Position numbers and translations under genes: made by a program. The notes under the pieces were generated by a model. The model saw nothing but the letters and a program-made list of their open reading frames with translations, was not told the origin of the DNA and did no database searches. A DNA stretch of 64,000 nucleotides from Azolla caroliniana (Eukaryota; Plantae; Polypodiophyta). The DNA lies in contig JBHGNT010000001.1 in assembly GCA_043228905.1 (NCBI GenBank), forward strand, positions 1,736,001 to 1,800,000. Direction: 5' to 3'. Of the stretch, positions 26,401 through 40,434 are shown piece by piece; position 1 is the first letter of the stretch; each line of letters opens with the position of its first letter.

Positions 26401-27508
26401 TTATGGAAATAATGATGTCCAAAAGGGAAATATTAGATCCATAATACATTCCATGCGAATGGTATGGTGTAAAAAGCTTACTACCAACCAATGTCTTGTG
26501 CTTGGAGGAATGATAAGATCTTATACTATCTAAAATGAACAATGTTTCTACAAAATTTCACCCCATTCAAGATCTTCTAGTGGGGTTTTGAACTTGGGAG
26601 GGGAGAATTCATATTTTTGTGATAAAAACACAGTCCCAACTAGCTAAGAAGATAGCTATGATGAAAAGACTTGGTGTAGGTGGCTTGAGAGATCATCCAT
26701 AGGTTTGCATACTATGTTACGTAAACTTGACCATCCAATGATCATGCCACAAAAGAAAACGATGCCCAACATAAGGTTTTGCATGAAACACTATGAAAAA
26801 AGGGAGATACAGTTGCGAAGTTTCGAATCCAAGCAATCCATGAGTTGGTCCTCTAATTACTTTATTCTACAACGTCATGTGTATATATATAGAGTTTCAA
26901 TAGGTTGGGAACCCTTTTGTTTAGAGAAAACTGTGGGGTAGTTGATCCAAATCCTTCTCGTTGATGGGATGGGGTTTCTCATTGAGGCGAGTATATATCC
27001 TCTCTCGGACAAAGAGAGATTTGTTTTGGAAAAGGGGGGGGGGGGGAGGGGAGCAGGTGTGGTGGACAAACAAAACAAGAAAAAGAGAAGGAGAGAGAGA
27101 AAGCACATGAGAAGCTTTTGATGGGAGGCAACAAAAGGAAGCCAGAAATAAAGGAGAAGGAGTGGCACCAACACATGCCCCGCCCAAAGAAGGTAAAGAA
27201 AGAGAAGGCAAAAAAAGGGAAGGAGGAGAGGATGTGGGTCGTGTGTGGACCGAAAAAAGGCAGCCCTCGAGATTTCCCTTTTCCTGGATTAACGGAAAAA
27301 GGAAAGTAAATAGAATAAAAAGAACGTAGTACATCCCCCTCCTCCCCCAACACAAACAAAACAATCCAGACAAAAACGGAAAAGAAAAAAGCACAAAAGC
27401 AAAAAACAGCAAGAGGAGAATGATTATAAATAGGCGAGCAAAGGCTATGGGGTATGTGTGTTGTAGGTGTGTTGGGGACAATAGAGAAGGAACACCAAGC
27501 CAAGCAAA

Positions 27509-28627
27509 ATGCATGAGTCTCATAGTTACATGAAGGTGGTGAATAGTAGTAGTAGTAGTATGGCTGTAGGGGTTGATGGGATTAATCCTAGTAGTGCAAT
27601 GAGGTATGAGTTGGTGGTGCATGGCTGGCTCATGTACGTCCCCTTCGGGCTCCTCTTCCCCCTTGGCATCATCCTCGCTCGCTTCATGCAACACGCCAGG
27701 AAACATGGCCACCCTCCCTCCACCATCACCTTCCTCTTCAACACCCACCTTGCCCTTCAGGTACTAACCCAATACTTACCACCACAAATCAACACCAATT
27801 TTGGTTAACACATAGTGCATTCACTTGGCACTACATATACCCCCCAACCCCCCGAGTCCTCACACAATATAACTAGCTATACTTGATTCATGTTCTCATT
27901 ACAATATGCATAAGCACACGTTCTCGACTCCTTGTGTCATGCTTTTGCTAATCCTTTTTGACATATTATTCGTAATATTCTTGCCATCTATGGAATGCAC
28001 CCGACCTACTAATTGACAGTGAATCATTCTAATGTTATTCTCATTGTGTAACAGTGGCTTGGAATCACGATTATGACAATTGGAGCTATTCTATCATTTT
28101 ATGACTTTGGATTCTACATGATCCACACCCATGGTCGCCTCGGGCTATGTTTGTGGTTTCTAATTTGGTTACAAGCATTGACTTCGATGAGGCCTTCATT
28201 GTAAGCACATGACTAATGCGAACATCAAATAGTAATGTTAAGCCATAACACTTGAGCATGATATAACTATTAAAGGAAGATGTGCAAATGAACTGTTGTA
28301 GTTTTTTCATAATTAGGTTAAAGGTACTTTAATTCCATCAAAATATTTTGCTATAGGGGAACAAAGTCGAGGACGGCATGGTATCTAGCACATTGGTTGG
28401 TGGGAACAACAAGTGTTATCTTAGGAGTTTATGATTTCTATGTTGGGCTTCACATGTGGGAAGAAAGGACGTTGACAAGCGTGAAATCCATCAACATTGC
28501 ATTCTCTGTGTCCATTGCATTAATGGCAGGAGTCTATTTCTTACAAGGTCGATGGGAAAATATCAAGTTCCAACATCATAATACTCAGAAGAGAAAAATA
28601 GCACCTAACACACCTGACACTTTGTGA
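27509..28627 (+). CDS. cytochrome b561 domain protein (CYBDOM-type b561 without DOMON). Exons 27509-27760, 28055-28200, 28357-28627
   Basis: Four candidate heme-ligand His motifs: VHGWLMY..FGLLFPLGII.AR, THLALQ, THGRLG, WYLAHWLVG. GT-AG introns keep frame. Confidence 0.88.
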
Positions 28628-29462
28628 TGATACATATTAATTCTTATACAAGAGTTTGCATTTCTTTTTTGTTGTAAAATTTAAATTTACATGATTTGCA
28701 CCTTTTGAATATCATATTTGTGAAGTTTTGATTTGTAATATCAATGTTTCTATGCTTAGAATAAATGTTAGATTTGTTGGAAGCTTAAGTGTTCTATCTA
28801 AATTTTATTTAACCAAGAACAAACATATTTGTGTGTTTATTCTAATGTTCCACGAGCCTAGAACATCTTAAAATATGCAACTTGTAAAGTTTTGTCACCA
28901 TATGTGTGTTTTTTTATCTAGGCAACATATAGGTTAGTTGATATAAACACATGTATACTAAAGCATATATCAAACACATATGTTTCTACATGCATGTATT
29001 CCTCAATGACTAGTTTCACAAAAAAATTGATAGTAATCACGAGGCAAAGTTCCTCAATTGGTTTTATTGTCTCGTTGTATATGTTATTGTTATTGTTGCT
29101 CAATCACCGAATACCATAGCTTTGCACAACGTACTCCTTTCTCAATCTTGATAACGATGACTTGATCATTCAAATCAAGTTACTAAGTCTTTGATTATTT
29201 GAAGGCACACATTATTGAAAACTAAGAGGCATAGGAAAAGGAAAGGAAATACAAGTCTAAAATTAGGAAATACAAGGCACCTAAAATAAGCATAAGGGAA
29301 CCATTTAATGTTAAAAACATGCCCACCAACAAAGGCTCTAACATCCCCAAGTATAAAGGATAACGAAAAACAAGGGTGATAAATTAATCAAAAGCATAGT
29401 TTGAGGATCAAGATGTCCCAATTGGACAACCATGCATGGATATGAAGGATTTAGAGTCAAAA

Positions 29463-30125
29463 TGTAGCTCCCCATAATCAAAGTTAGGAATTAAAGTTAG
29501 TGGTCATGCCCCTATTTTATGGGAGTCTCAAAACCACATGAAAACACGACCGGAACAAAGAAATTTGGGACAAAAGGTGATTTATATATATAATATAAAG
29601 AGATACAAGCTTACAATAGGCCCGAGTAGGGACAAACCAAAAACGAGGTTGGGACGAGTGAGGACTCAGCCAAGCCTAGTCCGGACAACCTCCCAAAAAG
29701 ATGTTGAGGGACTAGAGCGCCTCAAAGGTTACAAGAGGAGAGAATAGAAGTCAAAGGTCAAGAATGAGCAACAATGAGGTCGACAAGCTCCTCTTTATAT
29801 AAGGCCAAGAGGTGGCCCATTGAGTAGTCTATTGGGATTGGGTGGCCCCCCTTTTCGGACAAGGACATGGATTAGGATTGGGTTCCCTGGCGAGTCCCAA
29901 TTTAGATTGGACTGTAACCCGTTGGGACCGGTTGTCCCAACCTAGGGTGGTGACTCAGTAGGAACTGGTTTCCCCGGTGAGTCGCAGTTTAGATTGGGAC
30001 TGTCCCACCACAGTCACCCGAGTGCCGTGGAGCTTGAGTCCCATCGAGCTCACAAAATTGTCACAAAGTTCAAACAAGATAGGAGGGTTAGGAAGAGAGG
30101 CAATATCAAGTTAGGGTGTTCTACA
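29463..30125 (-). mobile_element. degenerate LTR-like segment
   Basis: TGTAG...CTACA inverted termini, a TATA-like motif on the minus strand and internal GC-rich repeats; no matching TSD found. Confidence 0.45.
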
Positions 30126-30983
30126 TTGTAGACATTGCTACAAACTAGGCTCTTTTCAATAGTTATATGGTTGTTTGAGGTTGAAAATGATGAAAATCTC
30201 ACTCTAAAAACACTACTAAAATTTTGTCAAGAAAACCATTGAAATGGACCTTGCCCATTATCAACACTTTTTTAACACCAAAGTTTATGGATTTACACAA
30301 ATGCCCCAAATTTAAAATAGGTATTTCCAACATTAAATAAATATGAAATTCAGCAATTGTTACAATAGTGTTTCCAAGGGATAATAATCTTGACATCTTT
30401 GGACCTTAATAATGCCAACGTTTTGCATATTAGGGTTCAATCCAATAATGCTAAAAATATGAACACTACTACATTGATCAAGAATTCTGAAAATACTGGC
30501 AATATTCTGCTCTAAGTGGTTTTACTATCTCAAAATCTAACTTTATTGTGTTTGCAACAACTCTAGAGTCTCAACCATCAACTTATTTGTGTAACAAGGA
30601 ACATATTAAACAGTTGTCATCAAGGTTTTGAAAGTGGTAGGGGCTAGGGCATTGGATTAGAGGATCACAATTATAAAGTTGTAAAAGTGGATGTCAATAA
30701 AGTCTATTATTTATCGGGATCAAACGTGTATGCGTTTCTAACAATCTTAGAAATGTTTCGTTAGAACATATGAATTGGTTCATCCCCCCCCATTCACTCT
30801 TTGAGGTGTCCCCCACGAACTCCCCATCTCAGCCCCATGTAAGAAGTTGTTTGAATTGCTGGAATAGAGTTTATATATTACTCTTAGGGGTAGCTGACAA
30901 AGCAATTACCAATGGTCCCTTTGTAAAATAGCCCCAAGTACTATAGCTGGATTACACGAGGAAAGCCATACTAATGTAGAGAT

Positions 30984-32748
30984 TCACCAATAGTCTCCAC
31001 GCGAGCATACACCTTTCTGAAAATGATGAAAATGGTAACCATCCCTTATGACAATCTCTCATTCAACAACTTTTGTGATGATTTTCATTGCAGTGTAACA
31101 ATCTCGACATATTCGAAGGTTTTTAACGACATGGAGAGATGTTCCGGGCATTGTGACCATTAGGCCATATGCAACGGCTAGCTTCTCGCTATGATAAAGA
31201 AGCAATCGTTCTTTTCTCTCATCCTCCACATCTTGCAGCACAAACTGCGTCGGGAACATAGCCAGCATCTCTCATTTGCACATTCCGCCGTTCCAGGCTT
31301 TCATGAATCTCTTTAGTTTGTGGATGTGATGTATCCCTAACATGATACACGTGTGTGGTATCGTCGATATCGATTTTGCTCCAACCCCATTCCTTCCTAA
31401 CTCCTCTTTCGATCATCATTTTTCTAATCTTCTCAACCTCATCCCATCGACCTTTTTCGGCATAAATGTTGGATAATAGTACATATGGAGAGGAGCGTTC
31501 CGGAGTCAATTGGATCACTGATTCGGCGGCCAGTTGTCCGTGAATTAAGTCTCCGTAAACCCGACAAGAAGCAAGCAAAGTTTCCCAAAGAAGTGCAGTT
31601 GCTGGAAATGGCATGGTGTTGATGACATCTGCCGCATGGTCTATCCTTCCTGACCGCCCAAAGAGATCGATCAAACAACCATAATGCTTCATGGTGGGCA
31701 GGATCTGATAGCTTGTAATCATGGATAGAAAGAAGGAGCACCCTTTCTTCACATACCCAGCATGGCTACATGCATTCAAAATGCTAATGAATGTGATCTC
31801 GTTGGGCTCGAAACCTTCCTTGAACATTTGGTCAATAAGTTGTAGAGCTTCTTTTCCAGTGCCATGCTGGGCACAGGCGGCGATCATGGTACTCCAAGAG
31901 ATAATATCATGGGTTGGCAAATGATCGAATACTAACCACGCATGGTTCAAGCTCCCACACCGGCTATACATACTAATGAGCTCAGTCCCCACAACCAGAT
32001 CGAAAGCAAGTTCGAAATTTTTATCCACAATGCACTGATGAATAGATCTACCTGATTCTAAGGAGGAGCACCCGCCTAGGGCATGGATAAATGTAACCCT
32101 ATTAGGTTCAAGGGCTTCTAATTTTAGTTTCCCAAAGAGTATAAGGGTTTCTTTACCTTCTTCAGAATCATTATATACACCCATCATCGCGTTCCAAGAG
32201 ACCAAATCTCGTCCAATACCCTTCATATTGTCAAAAACTCGACGAGCACTTATTGTGTCCCCACATTTCCCATACATATGGATTAATGATGTCATTAAGA
32301 CCAAATCATTTCCATAACCATTACTGATGATAGAAGCATGGATCAATATACCTCGGTTAATGTCGCTGAGGGCTGAACAAGCCTTTGTTATTCCTAGGAA
32401 AGTTACCTTATCGGGCTGAATTATGCCTTCATTCTGGAAGTGTTCGAAAAGCTTGACAGCGTCTGCAGGGTGACCATATTGAACAAAAGAAGAGATCATG
32501 ACATTGCACGAGATGATGTTCATGCTCTGCATCGTTCCAAAAGTATGCCGAGCGTCTTCGAAACCATGGCACCTGGAGTACATAATGAGCAATGTGTTCC
32601 GCAGATATCTATCTTGGTCAAGACCCAAGCATGTGATGGAGCTATGAATACCTCTCCCATGGATCAAGCTCTGGCAAGTGAGCAAGGATTCAGAGAAGTT
32701 TTGGTTCATCTCAGTTTTCTGAATCATTCTAGGGTTTGAGAGAATCAT
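30984..32748 (-). pseudogene. PLS-class PPR-E-DYW RNA-editing factor with a disrupted DYW domain (truncated gene or pseudogene)
   Basis: 509-aa open PLS array and E domain; frameshift after GYVPD (~31230-31240); HSEKLA...KNLRICRDC in another frame; in-frame TGA at 31059-31061; then EIVIRDGYHFHHFQKGVCSRGDYW*. Confidence 0.9.
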
Positions 32749-33176
32749 GGGTTCTTATTCCACAGCCTCTTGATCTTCTTCTTCAAAAGCGAGAGAGCGA
32801 GAGCGCTTCAAAAACTATCTTCAACGTGTTCCTCCATAACATATGACCCCGAGTTCTTTATGTAGTAGCTAGCAGTAGTTCCATCATATACACAGACAGA
32901 CAAGACAGTCTCTCTCATCCATCCATCGGCCCTGGGCAGATGAATAGAAAGAAGGTAAAAAATATCAACAAAATGAGGGGCCAAAATTCTGGAAATAACC
33001 CTCTTGCTGTTTTCTTTATATGAATATCTATCTGGAAGTGCTGGTTTGATAGAGCCCAAGTTCCTTCCCGGGCTTTATCAACATCCCAAATGGGCTCCCC
33101 TTGTCCATAAAGAAGTATATGTGACTCAACCCCTGCCCGAACTCGGACAAAGAGAGAGAGAGAGAGAGAGCCCAAT

Positions 33177-33263
33177 TGGATGTAGCTTTGTTGGTAATGT
33201 TGTCATCAGAGACTAGAAGGTCATGCATTCAACCCCTACACATTCCATAGGGGCATCTAGTAA
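33177..33263 (+). mobile_element. third, partial copy of the tRNA-derived SINE-like repeat
   Basis: TGGATGTAGCT..TTGGTAATGTTG...GAGACTAGAAGGTCATG..TTCAACCCCTAC...GCATCTAGTAAA matches the copy at 17951; preceded by (GA)n. Confidence 0.55.
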
Positions 33264-36200
33264 ACACTTGGCGTGATAGTTCAGCCTTGAAGCCAAGGCC
33301 TTAAGAGCGGGTAGTCTAACAACTTGCAACTAGGTTGGTTGATAGACATGTGCACACAAGTGCAACTTTGTTTTCCTTGCTGGAAACTCCAGGGAGGTTG
33401 TCATAGGGGGAATTAGGGATTTGTAGGTTGGCAAAACATCATGTGCATTATTTGCATTAGAGATGAGGCATTTCTTAGGCACCCTCATTGATTTTCTAGT
33501 GAACCAATAGGATAGATATGATATTCCATCGATTGTAATTTGACTTTCGTAATTAACACATCACTAATGAGAGAGAGAGAGAGAGAGGAGACCATATAAT
33601 TATTGAGTATATAATTTGAGAAAGAAAAAGGTCGTCTTAGTATTTGTGCATATAGCACATATAGCTCCCCCTCAAGGGCCTTGGGTGAAATAGGGAAAAC
33701 ACATTTCTTTTGATGCATACTAACATACAATCTATCGATCTAGCTATATGCTTGGGTCTATCTTACCTTCCTTGTGCTAGATGAGAACTCACTAAGTCAA
33801 TATAGATTTGCATTTGGGCTTATTTGTTTACTTGATGCCCAGATAAGAGTAATATTTACCCAAAACTAACTAACTCTTGTCCAAGGAGGCCAATTTAGTT
33901 TGGGCCCAAGGAGTGGAAGAAAGTGTTTTGAGGATAGTGTGGTGAGAACTTATTCACAAAATAAATCAAGCTTTGAAGGGTTTTATTTTCAATCCACAAT
34001 TATCTTAAAGGACACTTCACAAGGATGTGGGCACATGAGATGTGAACCGCAAACTATTCAGATGAGTACTTACCCTTTTTCTACCTAACCATTGTAGTTC
34101 CATTTCATACAAACCATCTCAAACAATTTGGTCAAATGCGTAATGTAAGTTTCATTGCCTTGTAATTCAAGAAACTTGTCAAAAGCATTTGTGATTGTTC
34201 AACATGGTTACATAAACATTCGACAATAAATTGTTCACAGTTATCATCGGCCTAGATTAAAAAAGGATACATGATTGAAAAGAATGATGGGGTTAATGCA
34301 AGTCACTTCATCCCACAAATGACTCCTTTGACTCACTCCATTGATTCACTTATTACAAGGGTTATTGCTGATTAGTGTCTAGTATATGCAATTAATCACG
34401 TATTACAAGTGGACATTACCTCATGGGTAAATATTTGCCAATGTAAATTATTTTCTTAATCATTTTTCTATTACTTGATTCTTGTATTTATTGTCTAAAT
34501 TCATAAATTAACTATTCATTGTCTAAATTAATTCTTGTAAGATAACTGATAAATAGCAATCAGGTCCTAAGAATCTAACTTTGCGTTGTGGAAATAAATG
34601 TTGCACCAGACATATTTTCCATACCAATGTAACTCACCTTTATCTTTCATGTATTTCACATATATTGATATTCTACTTTGGACACAACCATCATGTTTAC
34701 TTTGGGTATAACTCAATAAAGATCATTTTCCCTTGATAGAATATATGGCTTCAATGTTATGACAGAACACACCCAACCATGTCTTGCACATGCTTAAGCT
34801 TCGTAAGCATGATAACACATGATTCACTTTCCCAATTCTCTTTTCTTTTTTATTATAAATCAATTATGTGCACCTTTTATACAAAATGAGATTGTTGACT
34901 TTGTAAATACAGATAAGTAGTCACTTTCACAAAGTTCATGGAAGGATAACCCACACCACAAATTCAACAGATTAAAAACGATTTCAGTGAAACCTCACAA
35001 AGGCACACAACATAGTATGAACCATACGTGCATTCACATTCGAGAATGTTTCAATAATTCAAGTATGGTAAACACCCTCAAGGTATGGTAAATACCATAC
35101 TTTTGTATTCATTATTTATTATAAGGTAAATGTTTTTTAAAGCTAAGAAAATTAAGGTAAAACAAAAAAACATAAGAATGTTTTGATAGCATACCGTTCT
35201 TTCGCATTCGTATAAAACGAATGTTGTCCAATACATTCGAGTATATTATGTACTAGGGCACTCACAATTTTGTGAGTAGCCAAAGAAGGAAGTTATGTAA
35301 TACAAAGTCCTAATAACTCTAATTTTAATGTAAGGATGAAGGGATTTCTACATAAAATGTTGATCAAATGCAAATGAGCTAGTTTACTACCATTAGAGAG
35401 TTTGATTACTTTATATATCTGAACTTTCCATTCGTTTGTGCATGAAAACGAAAATGTTGAATGATTATGTGGTTGAATCTTTACTCAAATTGCTATATTG
35501 GCATATAGTTGTGTGTATATATGCATGTGCATGAATCCCTCTTCAATCCCGCTATTCAATTACATTTAATCTTGCATTTTTAGCCATGTATGAAAAAGCT
35601 TTCCAATGTATACGCTACATTCAAACTTTTCGAGATAATGTTGTTTCGTTACTTTAATATTGAAAGCACCACGAATGCATTTCTAAGAGAAATATAATAC
35701 AGAAAGTTACTCCTCCAATTTGCCTTCCAATGATAACAATAAACTACAAATGATGTAGATAAAAAAAAACCAAAAGAATCCAAATCAATAATGACTACAT
35801 ATTATTGCATACATGACAAAAGAACACAAGTTGTACACACCTCATTGTGAAGGCTTCCTATAACTTAATATAGCTTCATCCAAACCATAAATGGTTAATT
35901 TTATCATCAACAAAAACAGCACAAATCAATGAGATTCAATGATTATGTATAGGTGCCTTGAACTAAATATCCCCAAGAAATGGACTCTTTCCAAGTAAAC
36001 AAGACACAAAATACTTGAGATTTAAGGGCATTGCTGCAGAGGACGTCTTTTAGAAGATATTTTTTCAGGGCATGGCAACATGTAAAATATGGCCTTCTAC
36101 ACATTAAAACCTCACTCAACAGTTCCAAAGACATCCTCAACACCTCTATTGTTTTGCAAGTTAAAAAGACCTATTTTTGGCTATATTTCCAGGCACGCAT

Positions 36201-36694
36201 GTGAACTTTACCCGTAACTGTACTGAATGATCCATCATGGAATTTTAATTGACCAAAAACAAATTGCTTCAAGAGAATGCACAAGAATGAGACATGGTTT
36301 TTAGTAGAGGGGGATTGGGGGTGGGGGGTGGGGGGTAAGAGAGAATACAAGAAGAGTGTTTTTTCACAAAAATGCATAGGATACCAACCACATCATTAAG
36401 ACAGGAAGATGAAGAAACCGACCCAATTTGAAAGGCCCGAAAATTCATCAGCACGTTTTTTGAAGGCGTACTTGACAACATTGGTAGGTAAGGTTGTTTC
36501 CTTGTAAGTAGGGTAAAAAAATCAATAGTATAGATTTATAGATCTATCTATCATTGTTACCCAACTACCTTGTGAAGGCACAACCCAAAGAGCAAATCCG
36601 AGTCTGAGACAAAGTCTGGCACAGTCTGAGACCGAAATGACAGAGCCCAAAACAACAGAATCTGAAAATGCCCAATACGAGGATTTGCACTTGG

Positions 36695-38845
36695 CTACGC
36701 GACAGGAGGCCTGAGCCTGTGATCTTGGGAAGTATCGAGGGCTGCTGGAGGCATCCATTGCCACATCCCCATTCCCATTCCCATCCCTGGGTAGTTCGGT
36801 AGTGAGACCCCCTTCACACTGGTTGGTTGGGAGTGTGAAAAGGCCATCATTGCCGCAGCATGCAGAGCTGCTGGATGTGGTGGGTACCCATGAGGGGATA
36901 TCGAAGTTAATTTGATCTGCTGCTCCAACTTCTCCTTTTCTGCCTTCAACCTTTGCTTTTCATCCCGAAGCTCACTTTTCTCCATCTGGATAACAACAAA
37001 AAGAACCAGTTGATATATATGTACAAGATCTGAAATCCATGGTCCTAACTATATTTCTTCAATAACTTTGCAGTGTCATATTTTTAAATGTTTTTAATAC
37101 ATTTATGTTTAAGTTCTTTGATAACAAATACGAGCATTTATGGATTTCAAGAGGATCTAACCAGTAGGGCAAAAAAGGATAGAACTAACTATTTAATCCA
37201 AATTACTCTTTGACAGTGAAACCTAGAATTTTAACCAAATATTCAGCAAATGTTTTTAAACATTGAACAATGCTACTAAAATCTCTTTAAATAAGAGTGA
37301 ATTCTCCCAAAAAAGAAAGACTAGAAAAGGGAATGAAAAACCTTAAACTTTTTGATAGTGTCACGGAGCTTCTCATTTGATTCTCCTAGTTCCTGAGCTT
37401 CCGCCTTCAACTGTTTGAGGGTACGCAGTGCATCAGCAAGAATCACAATTTTATCTGTTTTCGGGGTCCTTCCTGGTTCCAAAAGGGTGCTTAATTCCAA
37501 GAATCTGGTTTTTTGTCATCCCAATGAAAACCTCATCATATTTTACAATTGATGTGACTTCTATTGACAAACAAAGAAAAACACAAAGTAGAAAAAAAAT
37601 ATGGCACAAAAGGGAAAACGATATAGCAAAAAGCAAATGGATATACGTCTTCACCTATCATTAAGACGATCCCGGCGCAATTTCTCTCGACATGCCTTGC
37701 TTGAAACTCCACCACCAGGTTCATCTCGGGATCTTTCATTAACCACAACAACAGTGATGGAATAGATGTAATAGAAATTTTCAAAAATATGGCTTAAAAC
37801 AATGCAGATATTGTACCTTTTTTTCGAGCTTAATTTTTCTTGGTCATCTACATGGACTTTGGAAGAGCTATTATCAACACTGTCAAAGCACCATTTAAAA
37901 ACAAACTGGATAGTTATAAAATGCTTAGCTTCTTAGTTTCTCACAATACAAATGCATACATATAAAAACTTCCTACTCTCTGCACCCCTACATTCACACT
38001 AAAAATTTGTTGCAACCTATATTGCTAGAGTTGATCAAGATGCATTCACAAAATGAGGCACATATCTACCTGTATGAGAATAATATATGAAACGAGTTCT
38101 TAATCTACCTTTCAAAAATGGCTTGGCATTGAAAATATTATAAGCATCTACAATTTTACCCAGTCTTTCAAAATTTCTTCTTAATGACATTTATATAAAC
38201 CCAATGCTTAGGTTATCTTTAAAATATCGCTTCTCGTTGACATAATAAATGAATCTGATGCTTCAAGATGCATTCTTAGTGACACATTATTTGAATCTAA
38301 CACTTAACCTATCTTTCAGGTATCACTTCTCATTGACATATTATATTAATCTACTGCTTAACTCTATTTTCCTATTCTTGTTGACAATTATATGAATCTT
38401 ATGCTTAATATATCTTTCGAATTTGGCTTTCACTGAGAACGATATATGAATCTAATACTTTATCTATCATAGATTTTGGTAATGATTTAATAATTTAGTG
38501 GAAAAAAGCACTCGTGATAATATATTGAATCAAAGGTTTAATTTGCCAGATAATGCTAATTATTCGGAAATAAAACCCTAAAAACAAAGGATTGACATTA
38601 ACCAAAAGAAAATCACCTTGCGATCGATTAAAAGACCCCTATAAATGGAAGATTTACGCAAATTTTGACGAAATAGCATAATAGACATAGTTGGGTGCAA
38701 CACAAGCGCAAATAAAGAAAGAGGAAAAGCACCTGAGATCAGCTTGTTCATTGAATCCACACCAATACAGAGAGTTGGGCTGAGGAGGGTCATCGAGAAT
38801 ACCATCATCTAAGAAAGCCATCCATTTCTGCGGAGAAGAAGACAT
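36695..38845 (-). CDS. bHLH subgroup IVc transcription factor (ILR3/bHLH105-like). Exons 38845-38733, 37879-37817, 37732-37655, 37504-37342, 36985-36695
   Basis: SKACREKLRRDRLNDRFLELSTLLEPGRTPKTDK, leucine zipper EKSELRDEKQRLKAEKEKLEQQ, and the characteristic C-terminus MWQWMPPAALDTSQDHRLRPPVA; all joins in frame. Confidence 0.93.
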
Positions 38846-40434
38846 ATCCCTCTTTTTCCTCTTCACCCCTATAAGATCGAAATCAGAACAGAAAACAGAT
38901 AAGTAGATAAATAACACAGAGTCTATTTCTTCTTCTTCTCCTCCTTCTCCTTCTCCTTCTTCCTCTGCAGACAGTTGCACAGGAAACCCTAAAAAGCTCC
39001 CCTGTTTCTCTTTCCTTTTTGTCTTCTTTCTTTCTGTGGGATCTAGGAGAGGCCCCTATTCATCCATTGTTTCCTTCCTTCCATGAAACGGAGACCACTT
39101 TCCCTAAAACAAACACACGCGCACACGCACGCACTCACACTCACACTCACACAAGAAGAACAAAGAAAAAGATGAAGAAGAAGAGGAAAAGGATAGGATA
39201 GGTTCACATACAATATCCTACCACTATGTACCTACATACATACATACATACATACATACATCATGGAAGCTGCTATTTTGTCCGTCTCTATGACCAACAT
39301 CCTACACAATGACTTGGCCTCCCCTCCCCCATTCAATGGCAAACCATTTGTGATTTTGCACATCATTCTCGAAATGATTTACGAACCACTGTTAACATGT
39401 TGTCGTGTGTTGCATGGGAGGGGGTGGTGTCTCTAGATACACGGTGCCCGTTAGGTCCGAAGTTGTATTCCACTAGTTGTAGTGCCGATAGACTTATTAC
39501 TTCTGCGCCGTCATTGAACATCGCAAGTTGAGCATCCATTTCCTGTACATTGCCTATACTGGAAGCGAGAATGCCTACCTCCAATGACTCCAAGAATGGA
39601 ACCATAGGCATCCTCTGGGTGGTTTAGGGTTTTAGGGTCGTGTCTTTGTGTCTCTATGCACGATTAGTTGTGCTTATTGGCACAGGTGTGGAGACCTCGG
39701 GAGAATGGGGTCTTGTTGCATGAGTGTGTGGGGGGGGGGGGGGGCTAGATTTTGCTGAGTGTGTAGGGGAATAGTGTGACCCTAGAATAGTTGTGGGATG
39801 GAGTCTAAAACCAAAAATATCTAACAAAGGTGTTGTATGTCTTGGAGGTTGTGCTCACTTTAGAGGACATGTGCGTTTTGGTATACATAATTACTTCTAA
39901 AGAGTGTATGTCCATTTTGTTGTTTTGGTGATTGTTGGTTTATTAAAGGGCTAGGGTAGGGGCTAGAGTGATACCAAGGGCATGTAATTTACAAGGAGGA
40001 TATTAGAATTGTGAGTGGCAGTCAACAAGAGGTAGCATAGGGGCAACATAGATGAACATATGTATTTAAACAAAACTTGCACATGACTTGTCATATGCTT
40101 TAAGTCCCACAGTCTCTAACAACAAGTCAATTGAAATTGGAACCAAGCATACATGCTAGGAAAAGAGGGAAAGAGAAAAAAAGATAGGGATATAAAGTTT
40201 TGTGGCCATTGTAGTGTGAAAGCCTATAAAAGTCACTTTTTGTAGTCCTTCACTTGAATACTTAGCTAGAGGTCTCTTTCACTCTAGTCCCTCTTGCTTT
40301 CTTTCTTCCCAAATGTAGTCAAGCACCCACATACTTAAATTTTCAATCTTAAGTATTTCAAGCTTGATTAATTGTATTGCTTCTTTTTTTTTTTAATAAA
40401 AAAAAAATCCTTCCATTAGTTTAAAAAAAGGGCA

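Noticed and set aside
26875-27748. Long minus-strand ORFs (275, 174 and 99 aa)
   Set aside because: Low-complexity products of a purine-rich promoter region and the antisense of the b561 exon.
31059-31061. Stop codon repaired by U-to-C editing
   Set aside because: That editing is organellar; this is a nuclear gene, and it also has a frameshift upstream.
39363-39611. 82-aa ORF upstream of the bHLH gene
   Set aside because: No recognisable domain or splice structure.
39618-39640. Interstitial telomere repeat (TTTAGGG x2)
   Set aside because: Only two imperfect units; such telo-box-like motifs are common in plant DNA.
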